From contig OZ024763.1 of the NCBI GenBank assembly GCA_964016885.1, positions 17,608,001-17,672,000 of the forward strand: DNA of 64,000 nt. The letters are read 5' to 3'. The DNA comes from Eledone cirrhosa. Taxonomy: Eukaryota. Under the pieces are notes generated by a model. The model saw only the letters and a list, made by a program, of their open reading frames with translations. It was not told the DNA's origin and made no database searches. The position numbers were made by a program, and so were the translations under genes. This document shows, one piece after another, positions 1-14,204 of the stretch (positions are counted from its first letter, which is position 1; each line of letters begins with the position of its first letter).

Positions 1-197
1 ATGTGTGTGTGTATGTATATATGTGTGTGTGTGTGTGTGTGGATGTGTGTATGTATATATATGTGTGTGTGTGTGTGTGTATGGATGTATATATGTATGT
101 GTGTGAGAGAAAGTGTATGTATGTCTGTGTGTATGTATGTATGTGAGCGAGAGAAAGCATATATATGTATGTCTGCGTGTATGGGTGTATATATGTA

Positions 198-228
<31 letters not shown>

Positions 229-232
229 AAGC

Positions 233-264
<32 letters not shown>

Positions 265-265
265 G

Positions 266-324
<59 letters not shown>
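1..324. repeat. (TG)n/(TA)n compound microsatellite
   Basis: Dinucleotide runs seen directly; the overlapping ORFs are low-complexity artefacts. Confidence 0.95.
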
Positions 325-326
<2 letters not shown>

Positions 327-626
327 AGGCACATGGCTTAGTGGTTAGAGCATTAGCCTTGCAATCGAAAGGTTGTGAGTTCAATTCTCAGACCGGGTGA
401 TGTGTTGTTTCCTTGAGCAAGACACTTTATTTCACATTGCTCCAGTTTACTCAGCTGTAGAAATGAGATGAAGTGGACTGGGGTCCCTATCATTCCACTG
501 CAAAAGTGGTCGTGGAGGTGCCACGGCAAAAAAGCACCCAGCACTCACTGTAAATGAGGTTGGTGTTAGGAAGGGCATCCAGCTGTAGAAATCAAGCAGG
601 GAAAAGTGGACATAAAATGAAATGAA
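325..626 (+). mobile_element. tRNA-derived SINE, family A (RTE-type tail)
   Basis: A-box TGGCTTAGTGG and B-box GAGTTCAATTC; near-identical copies at 12804, 20435 and 53718; tail GCAGGGAAAAGTGGACATAAAATG. Confidence 0.9.
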
Positions 627-648
627 ATATATATCAATAAAAATAACA

Positions 649-925
649 GACCGGGTTCAGTATGAATCCGGTGATATCATCAGGTACTGGAATATAACAA
701 AGGAATATGTAAAAAAGCATGGGTCCGAAAAATCAGAGACAGAGAGGACGACTGACCAACTAGCTGCCTTCACCTCGGCCAGTGATGGCGACTGGCCGAG
801 GTGAAGGCAGCTAGTTGGTCAGCCGCTTTCTCTGTCTCTGGTTTCTCGGACCCATGCTTTTTTACATATTCCTTTGTTATATTCCAATACCTGATGATAT
901 CACCGGATTCATATGGAACCCGGTC
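649..925. repeat. Fold-back palindrome (about 135-bp arms) of a PLE-like terminal-repeat remnant
   Basis: 649-783 is the near-perfect reverse complement of about 791-925; this is why the two 'KYISIK/KGLLY' ORFs mirror each other. Confidence 0.9.
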
Positions 926-950
926 ATTGAAATGATCATAGTATAATAAA
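887..950 (+). ncRNA. Minimal type-I hammerhead ribozyme fold followed by AATAAA
   Basis: atac-CTGATGA(891-897)-stem II (accgg..ccggt)-GAAA(929-932)-palindromic stem III ATGATCAT-A-gtat, then AATAAA at 945-950. Confidence 0.75.
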
Positions 951-2524
951 CCTTTCAAGGATTTACACCAGTCCAGCCTCCTGTTATTTTCATTGATAAT
1001 TAACTCCGTATTCGCACCACCAACTACACAAACGAAGATGGGTGAACTGCACTACGTTGAGTACTCTCCATAATATTACACCAACATTGACCATATGGAA
1101 TTCTATCCAGTGGTGAACCAACAAACCTAAAGAATATATATATATATATGTGTGTGTATGAGAGAGAAAATGTTTGTATGTGTGTGTATATATATATGTA
1201 TGTGTCTGTATGAGAAAGTATATGTATTTATGTGTGGGTGTAAAAGAGAGAAAGTGTATGTATGTATGTGTATGGGTGTATATATATGTATATGTGTGTG
1301 TATGAGAGAAAGTGTATGTATGTATGTGTGTAAGGGTGTGTGTATGAGTGCATATATGTATGTGTGTATGAGAGAGAGAAAGCGTATGTATATATGTATG
1401 TATGAGAGAGAGAATGCGTATGTATGTGTGTGTGTGTGTTAATGTATGAGTAAGTAAAAAAAAATCATATCTACACCTCCTTCCCTCCCTCCACCCACAT
1501 CCCTACCTCCCTACCTCCCTACCTCCTCCACATCCACACCTACCTCCGTCCCCCACATCTATACCTACCTCCGTCCCCCACATCTATACCTACCTCCGTC
1601 CCCCACATTTATACCTACCTCCCTACCCCACATCTACACCTACCTCCCTCCCCCCACATCTAAACCTATATACCTCCCTCCCACCACATCTATACCTACC
1701 TCCCTCCCCCACATCTATATCTCCCCCCCACATCTATACCTCCCTCCCCCACATATATACCTCCCTCTCTCCTCCACCCCCACATATATATATTTACCTC
1801 CCTCCCTCCCCCCACATAAAACTTCCTCCTTCCACTCCCCACATTTATACCCCCATCCCTCCACCCCACCCCCATATATATCTCCTCCCCTCCCCCACAC
1901 CTATAGTTCTATAATTTCCATATCTTACATATAAAATATTTAAATGTTGTCATGTTTTAATTATTTGTGTTTTTTTTTCTTTCTCACATTTATTTATTTA
2001 TTTATTTATTTATTGAACAAAATGCTAAGTGGCATATAGTTATGGCCCTTTACATTCTGAGTTCAAATCCTGTGTTCAAACTTTGCCTACCCACCCGAAA
2101 TCGTTTCTCTCACTATTTAACGTATAAGTGTACACTCTGCTTTCCTCCTTGGTTGGTGTCTTAATGATGCTGGCTTAATTAAAGCAATGAGTGAATGACA
2201 GAACAATTGGAGATACATCGGTTCTATCAATATTATATATATATATGTATATATAGACAGTATTACTTGGTCATTCAAGCAGCTAGCAGTTTCATAGTCT
2301 CTGTTGACAAAGGCACATATTGTATATTATCAGAAGTTCTATATATGCTGTGTCCTTGCTAATCTTTCAGCCTTCAAGGAATCCATTTTTATCCAATTCT
2401 CTTCTATATTCTACGACATCTTTTTTTCTATTAGAAAAGGAAAGGCCTAATTAATAAATTAGTAATCAACATGTTGACAATAATTATGTTTCTTTATTAA
2501 CCACAGAGGGTGCTGATGATTATG

Positions 2525-2564
<40 letters not shown>

Positions 2565-2919
2565 TATTAATGAATATTTAAATAATTTGATGATAATTCT
2601 CATGTATACTTTCTGCTGCATGTACGATGATGATGATGATGATGATGATGATGATATAGTTATTTTTATTTTATCTTATGTTTATGTTTGTCTTTTGGGG
2701 TTTTTTTTATTGTTTTTTTTTTGTCAACCTCTGTTCTGTATGTTTTGTTAAAGTCGGAAGTTACGAGTTTGTCAGTGTTGTTGTTACAGTGAAAGAAAAA
2801 AGGAAAGAAAGAAAGAAAGAAAGAAAGATGGTGATGAAGAAAGAAAGACAGACAGAAAGACATACAAGCTTGTTTCATTGTCTTGTGAAATAGTCACCAT
2901 GCCAATCTTGTCACAAGGA

Positions 2920-2950
2920 ATGTACATATATGTGTATGTATATATATGTA

Positions 2951-3024
<74 letters not shown>

Positions 3025-3101
3025 TATGTACATACATATTTATTTCTATACATATATGTACATTTATATATATATACATGTATGTGTGTGTATATATATA
3101 T

Positions 3102-3160
<59 letters not shown>

Positions 3161-3252
3161 AATGTACATATATGTATAGAAATAAATATGTATGTACATA
3201 TGTATACGTGTATATATATATAAACGTATACATATGTACATATATGTATACA

Positions 3253-3303
<51 letters not shown>

Positions 3304-3465
3304 ATATGTACATATATATACATATATGTATACATATATATATATATATATACATATATATATACATATATATATATACATATATATACACACATATATA
3401 TATATATATATACACATATATACATATATATATATACACATATATACATTTATACATACACTTAT

Positions 3466-3503
<38 letters not shown>

Positions 3504-3607
3504 ATACATATACACATATATACATACATATATATATATATATATACATATATATACATATACATATATACACATATACATATATACATATATACACATA
3601 TATACAC

Positions 3608-3638
<31 letters not shown>

Positions 3639-4313
3639 ATTAATCAACATCGCTATTCTCATTGTCTTGGAGAATATGTCCTGTCTTTTACTGGCACCCA
3701 TCACACACACACATACATACACACATATACATACACACTTACACATATACATACACACTTACACATATACATACATATACACACACACATACACACACAC
3801 ACCACACATACACACACATACACACACACATATACATACATACACGCTCTATCTCATATGTATATGTATATATGTGTGTGTGTATGTATGTGTGTGTGTA
3901 TGTATATGTATATATTGTATGTATGTGTGTGTATGTATGTGTGTGTGTTTGTGTATGTATGTATGTGTGTATGTATGTATGTGTGTTTGTGTATATGTAT
4001 GTGTGTATATGTATATATGTGTGTGTGTGTATGTATGTATGTATGTACGTATATGTATATATGTGTGTATGTATGTGTGTGTGTGTGTATGTATATGTAT
4101 ATGTGTGTATGTGTGTATGTGTGTATGTATGCATGTGTGTGTATGTATATATATGTGTGTGTATGTATGTGTGTGTGTATGTGTGTGTGTATGTGTGTAT
4201 GTATATATATGTATATATATGTGTGTGTGTGTGTATGTATATATATGTGTGTGTGTGTGTATGTATATATATATATATATATGTGTATGTGTGTGTGTAT
4301 GTATGTGTGTATG

Positions 4314-4392
<79 letters not shown>

Positions 4393-4423
4393 ATGTATGC
4401 GTGTGTGTATGTATGTGTGTATG

Positions 4424-4496
<73 letters not shown>

Positions 4497-4500
4497 ATGA
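2920..4500. repeat. Large (TA)n/(CA)n/(TG)n microsatellite complex
   Basis: Seen directly. Confidence 0.95.
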
Positions 4501-4735
4501 TATGTTTTTCTAATTTTGAAATGATTGTCATATTTTTTTCCAATAACTTCCGCCTTTCTATTATATCAGATCTGAGAAACAACGAGACATATTTCTCTAT
4601 AGAAATATCTACAATAGAAAGAACAACTCCCCCTAGCCCTGCCCTTCTTCCCTTTCCCTCTCTCCCCCTTCTTCCCTTTCCATCTCTCCCTCCCACCTCT
4701 CTCTCTGTATATATATATATATATTTATATATATA

Positions 4736-4935
4736 TAGGAAAAGGTATGACCCCTATGGTAGAGCTCAAGCCATTTCGACGGCTATTTCTGGCTAGTCCA
4801 GAAATAGCCGTCGAAATGGCTTGAGCTCTGCCGTCGGGGTCATACCTTTTCCTATTACCCACTCTACTACCCTAAGTATTGAGTACTCTCTAGTGCGTTA
4901 TGGTCCATCTGGTTCCTTACCACAATTCCTTTGTT
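4736..4935. mobile_element. (TA)n-flanked PLE-like remnant with palindrome 4736-4854 containing the 3' half of an HHR
   Basis: GAAA-tggcttgagctctgccg-TC-ggggt on the right arm; same family as 41559-41670 and 42677-42873. Confidence 0.75.
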
Positions 4936-4977
4936 ATATATATATATATATATATAATAAACAACATAAGATAATTA

Positions 4978-5037
4978 TTTCATTTACCAGTGGTTTCTTG
5001 AAAGCAAACAAATCTGCTTTCAGTCACCAGAATGAAA
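4978..5037 (-). ncRNA. Degenerate type-I hammerhead fold (core CUGGUGA)
   Basis: Minus strand: tttcatt-CTGGTGA-tgaaagca/tgctttca-GAAA-ccactgg-TA-aatgaaa; A6 is replaced by G. Confidence 0.6.
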
Positions 5038-5106
5038 AAATCCTTGTGTTTTTATTGATATTAAAGTCTAAGCAAAGTATAGGACTTTAGTCTTCAAATT
5101 TATTAC

Positions 5107-5143
<37 letters not shown>

Positions 5144-5338
5144 CATTGGCCTTGCAATCAAAAGGTTGCGAGTTCAATTCTCTGACCGGGCGATGCATTG
5201 TTTTTTTGAGCAAGACACTTTATTTCACATTGCTCCAATTTACTCAGCTTCAATTTGCGACTGGTAAGCCAGCCGCAGGGACCAAAGCAACGAGAAAACC
5301 GACTCAGGAGATAATTATACAAATTTCAAACTTGACCC

Positions 5339-5582
5339 ATGGTATGGACATGTGATGCGCATGGAGGATGACCGATGGGTGAAGAAGTCCCAGTGGAGGG
5401 AAGACGCTGTAGAGGTAGACCACAAAAAACATGGGTGGAGGTGGTGAGAGCTGACCTCAGATCTCCGAAACTCACCGAGGAGTTGATGAAGGGCCGTGAT
5501 AAGTGGAGAGATGCTGTGCTGAATAGGACCCGTCCCACCCTTGCAAGCAGGCAAAAGCAGACGTAAAATGATGATGATGATG
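5339..5582 (+). mobile_element. RTE-clade LINE 3' end fragment
   Basis: Encodes WYGHVMRMEDDRWV and GRRCRGRPQKTW, the RTE ORF C-terminus; (GAT)n tail. Confidence 0.9.
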
Positions 5583-5658
5583 TATATGTATAGGGTCAAG
5601 TATGAAATTTGTAGAAATTTGGGGGTTTTTTCCTACAAATTTCATACTTGACGACCTA

Positions 5659-5696
<38 letters not shown>

Positions 5697-5697
5697 C

Positions 5698-5747
<50 letters not shown>

Positions 5748-5835
5748 GAATTAACCTGTTTTAAGCTAGTAAGGCCATTATTCAGAAGAGTACTTGATAC
5801 TTGGCATAGTAGAGTGTATAAATATTAGGAGTTGG

Positions 5836-7046
5836 CCATGTGGTGTTGCTGTTGACCATGACATGCTGACCATGTGGTGTTGACTATGTGATGTTGACCG
5901 TGTGGTGCTGACCATGACATGTTGACCATGTGGTATTGACTATGTGATGTTGACCATGTGGTGTTGACTATGTGATGTTGACCGTGTGGTGCTGACCATG
6001 ACATATTGACTGTGTGGTGTTGACCATGACATATTGACCGTGCGGTGTTGACTATGTGATGTTGACCATGCGGTGTTGACCATGACATGTTGAGCGTGCG
6101 GTGTTGACTATGTGATGTTGACCATGTGGTGCTGACCATGACATGTTGAGCGTGCGGTGTTGACTATGTGATGTTGACCATGCGGTGTTGACCATGACAT
6201 GTTGAGCGTGCGGTGTTGACTATGTGATGTTGACCATGTGGTGCTGACCATGACATGTTGACCGTGCGGTGCTGACCATGACATGTTGACCATGTGGTGC
6301 TGACCATGACATGTTGAGCGTGCGGTGTTGACTGTGATGTTGACCATGTGATGCTGACCATGACATGTTGACCGTGCGGTGCTGACCATGACATGTTGAC
6401 CATGTGGTGCTGACCATGACATGTTGACCGTGCGGTGCTGACCATGACATGTTGACTGTGCGGTGTTGACTATGTGATGTTGACCATGTGGTGGTGACCA
6501 TGACATGTTGACCGTGCGGTGTTGACTATGTGATGTTGACCATGCAGTGCTGACCATGACATGTTGACCGTGCAGTGTTGACTATGTGATGTTGACCATG
6601 TGGTGCTGACCATGACATGTTGACCATGCAGTGCTGACCATGACATGTTGACCATGTGGTGCTGACCATGACATGTTGACCGTGCGGTGCTGACCATGAC
6701 ATGTTGACCGTGCGGTGTTGACTATGTGATGTTGACCATGCAGTGTTGACCGTGCGGTGTTGACTGTGAAGTTGACTGTGCGGTGTTGACCATGACATGT
6801 TGACCGTGCGGTGTTGACTATGTGATGTTGACCGTGCAGTGTTGACCATGACATGTTGACCATGACATAGTGACCATGCGGTGTTGACCATGACATGTTG
6901 ACCATGCGGTGTTGACCATGCGGTGTTGACTATGACATGTTGACCGTGTGGTGTTGACTATGTGATGTTGACCGTGCGGTGTTGACCATGACATATTGAC
7001 CATGACATGTTGACCATGCGGTGTTGACCATGACATGTTGACCATA
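5836..7046. repeat. Minisatellite built from TGTTGACCATG(A/T/C) variants
   Basis: Recurring 14-bp-scale subunits seen directly. Confidence 0.9.
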
Positions 7047-7307
7047 TGGCCATTCTTTCCCTCCCTATCCTTATCTAGAAGAAATCTGCTGTCTTCAGAC
7101 CTGGGAAGGTGATGGGGTCCGCCAGGCTTTAAAATTGCCCTAGTAATGCTGTATGTCAGTGCGGTGCCCCTGAGCCCCCCTTCAGGAGTTCTGAATCCAT
7201 ACAGACTGGTGGATAGATGGTTAAAATCTATAATATTACAGTAAAGACATTAATATTTAATGTGGCTAACAGAAAAACCATTCTTCAGGTGGTTTTCTGC
7301 TAGCATC

Positions 7308-9360
7308 TGTAGTGTGTATATTGATATTATACACAAGTATATATACATGTAGATATGATACATGTGTAGTGTGTATATTGATATTATACACAAGTATATA
7401 TACATGTAGATATGATACATGTGTAGTGTGTATATTGATATTATACACAAGTATATATACATGTAGATATGATACATGTGTAGTGTGTATATTGATATTA
7501 TACGCAAGTATATATACATGTAGATATGTTACATGTGTAGTGTGTATATTGATATTATACGCAGGTATATATACATGTAGATATGATACATGTGTAGTGT
7601 GTATATTGATATTATACGCAAGTATATATACATGTAGATATGTTACATGTGTAGTGTGTATATTGATATTATACGCAGGTATATATACATGTAGATATGT
7701 TACATGTGTAGTGTGTATATTGATATTATACGCAAGTATATATACATGTAGATATGTTACATGTGTAGTGTGTATATTGATATTATACACAGGTATATAT
7801 ACATGTAGATATGATACATGTGTAGTGTGTATATTGATATTATACGCAAGTATATATACATGTAGATATGATACATGTGTAGTGTGTATATTGATATTAT
7901 ACGCAAGTATATATACATGTAGATATGTTACATGTGTAGTGTGTATATTGATATTATACGCAGGTATATATACATGTAGATATGTTACATGTGTAGTGTG
8001 TATATTGATATTATACGCAGGTATATATACATGTAGATATGATACATGTGTAGTGTGTATATTGATATTATACACAGGTACATATACATGTAGATATGAT
8101 ACATGTGTAGTGTGTATATTGATATTATACGCAAGTATATATACATGTAGATATGATACATGTGTAGTGTGTATATTGATATTATACGCAGGTATATATA
8201 CATGTAGATATGTTACATGTGTAGTGTGTATATTGATATTATACGCAGGTATATATGCATGTAGATATTTTACATGTGTAGTGTGTATATTGATATTATA
8301 CGCAAGTATATATACATGTAGATATGTTACATGTGTAGTGTTTATATTGATATTATACGCAAGTATATATACATGTAGATATGTTACATGTGTAGTGTGT
8401 ATAATTGATATTATACGCAAGTATATATACATGTAGATATGATACATGTGTAGTGTGTATATTGATATTATACGCAAGTATATATACATGTAGATATGAT
8501 ACATGTGTAGTGTGTATATTGATATTATACGCAGGTATATATGCATGTAGATATGTTACATGTGTAGTGTGTATATTGATATTATACGCAGGTATATATA
8601 CATGTAGATATGTTACATGTGAAGTGTGTATATTGATATTATACGCAAGTATATATACATGTCGATATGTTACATGTGTAGTGTGTATATTGATATTATA
8701 CGCAAGTATATATACATGTAGATATGATACATGTGTAGTGTGTATATTGATATTATACGCAAGTATATATACATGTAGATATGATACATGTGTAGTGTGT
8801 ATATTGATATTATACACAAGTATATATACATGTAGATATGTTACATGTGTAGTGTGTATATTGATATTATACGCAAGTATATATACATGTAGATATGATA
8901 CATGTGTAGTGTGTATATTGATATTATGCGCATGTATATATACATGTAGATATGTTACATGTGTAGTGTGTATATTGATATTATACACAAGTATATATAC
9001 ATGTAGATATGATACATGTGTAGTGTGTATATTGATATTATACGCAGGTATATATACATGTAGATATGTTACATGTGTAGTGTGTATATTGATATTATAC
9101 GCAAGTATATATACATGTAGATATGTTACATGTGTAGTGTGTATATTGATATTATACACAATTATATATACATGTAGATATGATACATGTGTAGTGTGTA
9201 TATTGATATCATACGCAAGTATATATACATGTAGATATGATACATGTGTAGTGTGTATATTGATATTATACGCAAGTATATATACATGTAGATATGTTAC
9301 ATGTGTAGTGTGTATATTGATATTATACGCAAGTATATATACATGTAGATATGATACATG
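7308..9360. repeat. Homogeneous 57-bp tandem satellite, about 36 copies
   Basis: Unit TGTAGTGTGTATATTGATATTATACGCAAGTATATATACATGTAGATATG(A/T)TACATG; gives spurious 19-aa periodic ORFs. Confidence 0.95.
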
Positions 9361-9666
9361 AAATAAAATTGTAATTGACAATATATAATACACAGAAATT
9401 GAACGAAGACTGCGTTACACTGTCTTATGTAATCAGTAACGTAATCCAGGATACATTAAAAAAAGATGATATTATATATAAACTGCATTAGGAGAAATTA
9501 GTGAAGGAAATATATGAATGTTTATTTAAGCGATCGCTAACCGGAAGTGTTGAAAATTTTAAAGAAGTGAATCTTAAAAAATAAGCAACAAAATTATTTA
9601 TATTTAATCAAGAATAACGAAATTTAGTAGATAAATTATGTAATATTCATTCATTATTTATTCAAA

Positions 9667-10045
9667 GTGGATTGGCAGTATCGGTAAAGAGTCGGATGCC
9701 ATGCTTTCCAGCATAGTTACGTCCCTTTACGATCTGAGTTCAATTCCTGCCGAGGTTGACTTTGCCTTTCATCCTTATGGGGTTGATAAAGTACCAGTAA
9801 TGCACTGGGTAATTGCTGACCTTGTGCCTAAAGTAGAAACAATTATTTATTCAAAGTGGATTGGCAGTATTGGTAGAGGGTCGGACGCCATGCTTTGACG
9901 CATAGAGTTACGGCCCTTGCCATTCTGAGTTCAAATCCCGCCGAGGTTGACTTTGCTTTTCATCCTTAAGGGGTCGATAAAATAAAGTACCAGTAATACA
10001 CTGGGTAATTGCTGGCCTTGTGCCTTACGTAGAAACAATTATTTA
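9667..10045 (+). mobile_element. Two tandem family B SINEs (Deu/Nin-like core)
   Basis: Head GTGGATTGGCAGTATCGGTAGAG, B-box GAGTTCAAATCC, core GCCTTTCATCCTTACGGGGTCGATAAAATAAAGTACCAG, which resembles the Deu/Nin SINE domain. Confidence 0.85.
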
Positions 10046-10349
10046 TTCAAAGTAATCGAACTTATTTTACAAACGGGATAAAAATATATATTCTGGACAC
10101 AGTCCCTTCTTTATTATAGTTTAGATGTAGTCACAGTGTTGTTTTGTACTAAATGTTTATAGTATGGTTGTGAAAATTTACTGTATTACTGTAAAAATGT
10201 TAATTTTTAATGTGTTGTAGTCATAGTTGTTTCTACTTTTGGCACAAGGCCAGCAATTACCCAGTACATTACTGGTACTTTATTTAATCGACCCTGTAAG
10301 GATGAAAGGCAAAGTTGACCTCGGCGGGATTTGAACTCAGAATGGAAGT

Positions 10350-11000
10350 GCTGCTTTGTACTAAATATTTATAGTATCTTTACTGGTAGACAGATGGTTG
10401 TGAAAATCTATAATATTAGAGTAAAGACATTAATATTTAATGTGCTGTAGTCATAGTGTTGTTTTGTACTAAATATTTATAGTATCTTTACTGGTAGACA
10501 GATGGTTGTGAAAATCTATAATATTAGAGTAAAGACATTAATATTTAATGTGATGTAGTCATAGTGTTGTTTTGTACTAAATATAGTATCTTTACTGGTA
10601 GACAGATGGTTGTGAAAATCTATAATATTAGAGTAAAGACATTAATATTTAATGTGATGTAGTCATAGTGTTGTTTTGTACTAAATATTTATAGTATCTT
10701 TACTGGTAGACAGATGGTTGTGAAAATCTATAATATTAGAGTAAAGACATTGATATTTAATGTGATGTAGTCATAGTGTTGTTTTGTACTAAATATAGTA
10801 TCTTTACTGGTAGACAGATGGTTGTGAAAATCTATAATATTAGAGTAAAGACATTAATATTTAATGTGATGTAGTCATAGTGTTGTTTTGTACTAAATGT
10901 TTATAGTATCTTTACTGGTAGACAGATGGTTGTGAAAATTTACTGTATTATAGTAAAGATGTTAATTTTTAATGTGATGTAGTCATAGTGCTGCTTTGTA
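10350..11000. repeat. About 109-bp tandem repeat, roughly 6 copies
   Basis: Recurring GTAGTCATAGTGTTGTTTTGTACTAAAT...GTAAAGACATTAATATTTAATGTG. Confidence 0.9.
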
Positions 11001-11269
11001 CTTTTCAAAAATATCATCATCATCATTTTTACATCTGCTTTTCCACACTTGCATGGGTTGAACAAGTCCTTTTCAGCACAGCATCTCTCTATTTGTCGCA
11101 TTCCTTTGCCAGTAATAGTACAATATTGAATAATACAATGTGAAGTACAAGAGAAAGGTAGGGGAAGTGGTGAAATAATGGTGAAGAGAGGAATATCTTG
11201 CTCATGTGGCTTCATGCGGTACAGGACATTAGGAGTTAATAATATATCTTAGTTTATATTTGTTTTTAT

Positions 11270-12270
11270 CATACCTTACCATATATCATACTATACCATA
11301 TCATGCCATACCATACCATACCATATCATACCATACCATACCATATCATATCATATCATACCATACCATACCATACCATACCATACCATACCATACCATA
11401 TCATATCATACCATACCATATCATACCATACTATACCATATCATGCCATACCATACCATATCATACCATACCATATCATACCATACTATACCATACCATA
11501 CTATACCATGCCATACCATACCATATCATACCATACCATATCATGCCATACCATACCATACCGAACCATACCATACCATACTACACCATATACCATACCA
11601 TACCATCTACCATACCATACCATCTAAGTAGAGGGAAGATGGGCTCTGCTAGGCTTAAAATGCCCAAGAAATGCTGTGTGCCACTAAGTCCTCCCCTACA
11701 ACTCCATCAGGAGTTATGGGACCATATCATGTCATACCATATCACACCATATACCATACCATACCATACCACACCATATACCACACCACACCATATACCA
11801 TACCACACCATATACCATACCATACCATACCACACCATATACCATACCATACCATACCATACCATCTACCATACCATACCACACCATATACCATACCACA
11901 CCATATACCATACCATACCATACCACACCATATACCATACCATACCATACCATACCATCTACCATACATACCACACCATATACCATACCATACCATACCA
12001 TCTACCATACCACACCATATACCATACCATACCATACCATACCATACCATACCATACCATACCATACCATCTACCATACCACACCATATACCATACCATA
12101 CCATACCATACCATACCATACCATACCATCTACCATACCATACCACACCATATACCATACCATACCATACCACACCATCTACCATACCACACCATATACC
12201 ATACCATACCATACCATACCATCTACCATACCACACCATATACCACACCATCTACCATACCATACCATCT
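11270..12270. repeat. (CCATA)n pentanucleotide array with a short interruption
   Basis: Seen directly; ends about 30 bp before the exon acceptor. Confidence 0.95.
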
Positions 12271-12298
12271 AAGTGAAATATTGTTTCTATATTTGCAG

Positions 12299-12406
12299 GC
12301 ATCGCCATACAGCCCCGAACCTCCAATGAACAGTCATCAAATGAACTCTCCAACACTGAATGCAATTAATATACATCCAGCTACACCCCAGGGTAACCAA
12401 GTAGCT
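12299..12406 (+). CDS. FoxJ2/3: Internal coding exon (108 bp, phase 0/0) of a FoxJ2/FoxJ3-like forkhead transcription factor
   Basis: Acceptor ttgtttctatatttgcag, donor gtaagt; encodes ASPYSPEPPMNSHQMNSPTLNAINIHPATPQGNQVA, recalling the AS-PYS...SPTL-AIN segment after the FOXJ3 forkhead domain (from memory). Confidence 0.75.
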
Positions 12407-12442
12407 GTAAGTGATCCATTTTATAGATTTTGATAGTAACTG

Positions 12443-12475
<33 letters not shown>

Positions 12476-12693
12476 CGTGTGTGTGTGAGACAGTTTGTCT
12501 TGTCTATTCTCTTTATTTTAGTTTTTCTTACTTGGTCTACGTTTTATTTTCTGTATCTATCCTTTGTCATCCTGTCTCTATTTTTGTACCCCTGAAGAAG
12601 GGCTAAAGCCCAACATGTCAAACTTTCTTTCCCCTTTTCCATATACAGCGTGAAATGAGTAAGACTTTTTGAACCTCTCTTTGTTGTCTCCTT

Positions 12694-12778
<85 letters not shown>

Positions 12779-12803
12779 CCTGTCAGAGGTAATTTAATTT
12801 TAT

Positions 12804-13143
12804 GGAAGCACATGGCTTAGTGGTTAGAGCATTGGCCTTGCAATCGAAAGGTTGTGAGTTCAATTCTCAGACCGGGTGATGTGTCGTTTCCTTGAGCAAG
12901 ACACTTTATTTCACATTGCTCCAGTTTACTCAGCTGTAGAAATGAGATGATAGGGACTGGGGGTCCCTATCATTCCACTGTAAAGCGGTCGTGGAGGTGC
13001 CACGGCAAAAAAGCACCCAGCACTCACTGTAAATGAGGTTGGTGTTAGGAAGGGCATCCAGCTGTAGAAATCAAGCCAGAACCAGTTCCCATCCCACCCT
13101 TGCAAGCAGGGAAAAGTGGACATAAAGTGAAATGATGATGATA
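12804..13143 (+). mobile_element. SINE family A, full length
   Basis: tRNA head, body, RTE-like tail and (ATG)n. Confidence 0.9.
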
Positions 13144-13159
13144 TATATATATATGTATA

Positions 13160-13372
13160 TATGACAGACAGTCAATCAACTTTCATGAAATCAAAGAAAC
13201 AATGTTTCCGTTGGTCTTTCCAGTTGCTAATACTGTCTATCGGTCACAACTCCAGGTAGAAGGAGCAACGTGAAATAAAATGTCTTGCTCAAGGACATAA
13301 TGCATCGACCGGTCCAGGAATCGAACCCTCAACTTCACGATTGTGAATCCAATTCTCTAACCACACCTTCAC
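13160..13372 (-). mobile_element. SINE family C
   Basis: Reverse complement of the 42449-42665 element; flanked by TA repeats. Confidence 0.8.
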
Positions 13373-13454
13373 GATATATATATTATCAACTTTGCCCTCC
13401 CTTCCCTCTAATTGTTGGCCTTCATCCTATACCAGAAACCATTCTTATTGTTAT

Positions 13455-14040
13455 AGTAGATTGGCTATAGTTGGTAGAGCTTCGGACAACATGCTTTTTG
13501 GCATAGAGTTACGCCCTTTTACGATCTGAGTTTAAATCCCGCCATGGTTAACTTTGACTTTCATCCTTACGGGGTCGATAAAATAAAGTACCAGTCACGC
13601 ACTGGGGTTGATTTAATCAACTTTCCCCTCCCCCAAAATTGCTGACCTTGTGCCTATATAAGAAACCATTATTATTATGCTTTGTCTGGCGGTGGATTGG
13701 CAGCATCGGTAGAGGGTCGGACGCCATGCTTTGATTCTTAGAGTTACGGCCCTTTCCATTCTGAGTTCAAATCCCGCCAAGGTCAACTTTGCCTTTCATC
13801 CTTACGTGGTTGATAAAATAAAGTACCAGTAATACACTGGGTAATTGCTGGCCTTGTGCCTAAAGTAGAAACAATTATTATTATGCTTTGCGCTTTGCAG
13901 CATAGAGTGATGGCCGTTTACAGTCTGAATTGAAATCCCGCCAAGATTGACTTTGCCTTTCATCCTTACGGGGTCGATAAAATAAAGTACCAGTAATACA
14001 CTGGGTATTTGCTGGCCTTGTGCCTAACGTAGAAACAATT
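13455..14040 (+). mobile_element. Three tandem family B SINEs
   Basis: Three repeats of the core plus CTTGTGCCTA..AGAAAC tail. Confidence 0.85.
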
Positions 14041-14204
14041 GTGTTTTATATTTATGCCACTAATAAAAAGTGGAATGATGTAATATCAATATTAGATCTA
14101 TTTCTGGGAGTTTAATCACTTGTGTTACCATGTTGTTCATATCACCATAGAGAATATCTCCATCTCCTAATCATTATGTTGAATGTCTTAGATATAATAC
14201 TACC

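Noticed and set aside
325-400. tRNA-like sequences with A and B boxes (also 12804, 20435, 42449)
   Set aside because: They are SINE heads joined to SINE bodies, not tRNA genes.
622-958. Two near-identical ORFs on opposite strands
   Set aside because: A direct result of the DNA palindrome, not a gene pair.
2784-4796. Long YI/CV/HT-rich ORFs here and at 22705-23957, 31681-32330, 36976-37587, 40201-40922 and 50514-52029
   Set aside because: Translations of dinucleotide microsatellites that lack stop codons.
7266-9393. 300-430 aa periodic ORFs; superficial CRISPR-like regularity
   Set aside because: Pure 57-bp tandem repeat with no unique spacers and no cas genes, in eukaryotic DNA.
12393-12398. 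Alternative donor GTAACC inside the first exon
   Set aside because: Weaker than GTAAGT at 12407 and out of phase with the downstream exon.
12588-12625. CTGAAGA-gggct/agccc motif (similar cases at 41028, 43316 and 45246)
   Set aside because: Probably HHR relics, but the GAAA box, core or stems are broken, so they are not listed as ribozyme features.
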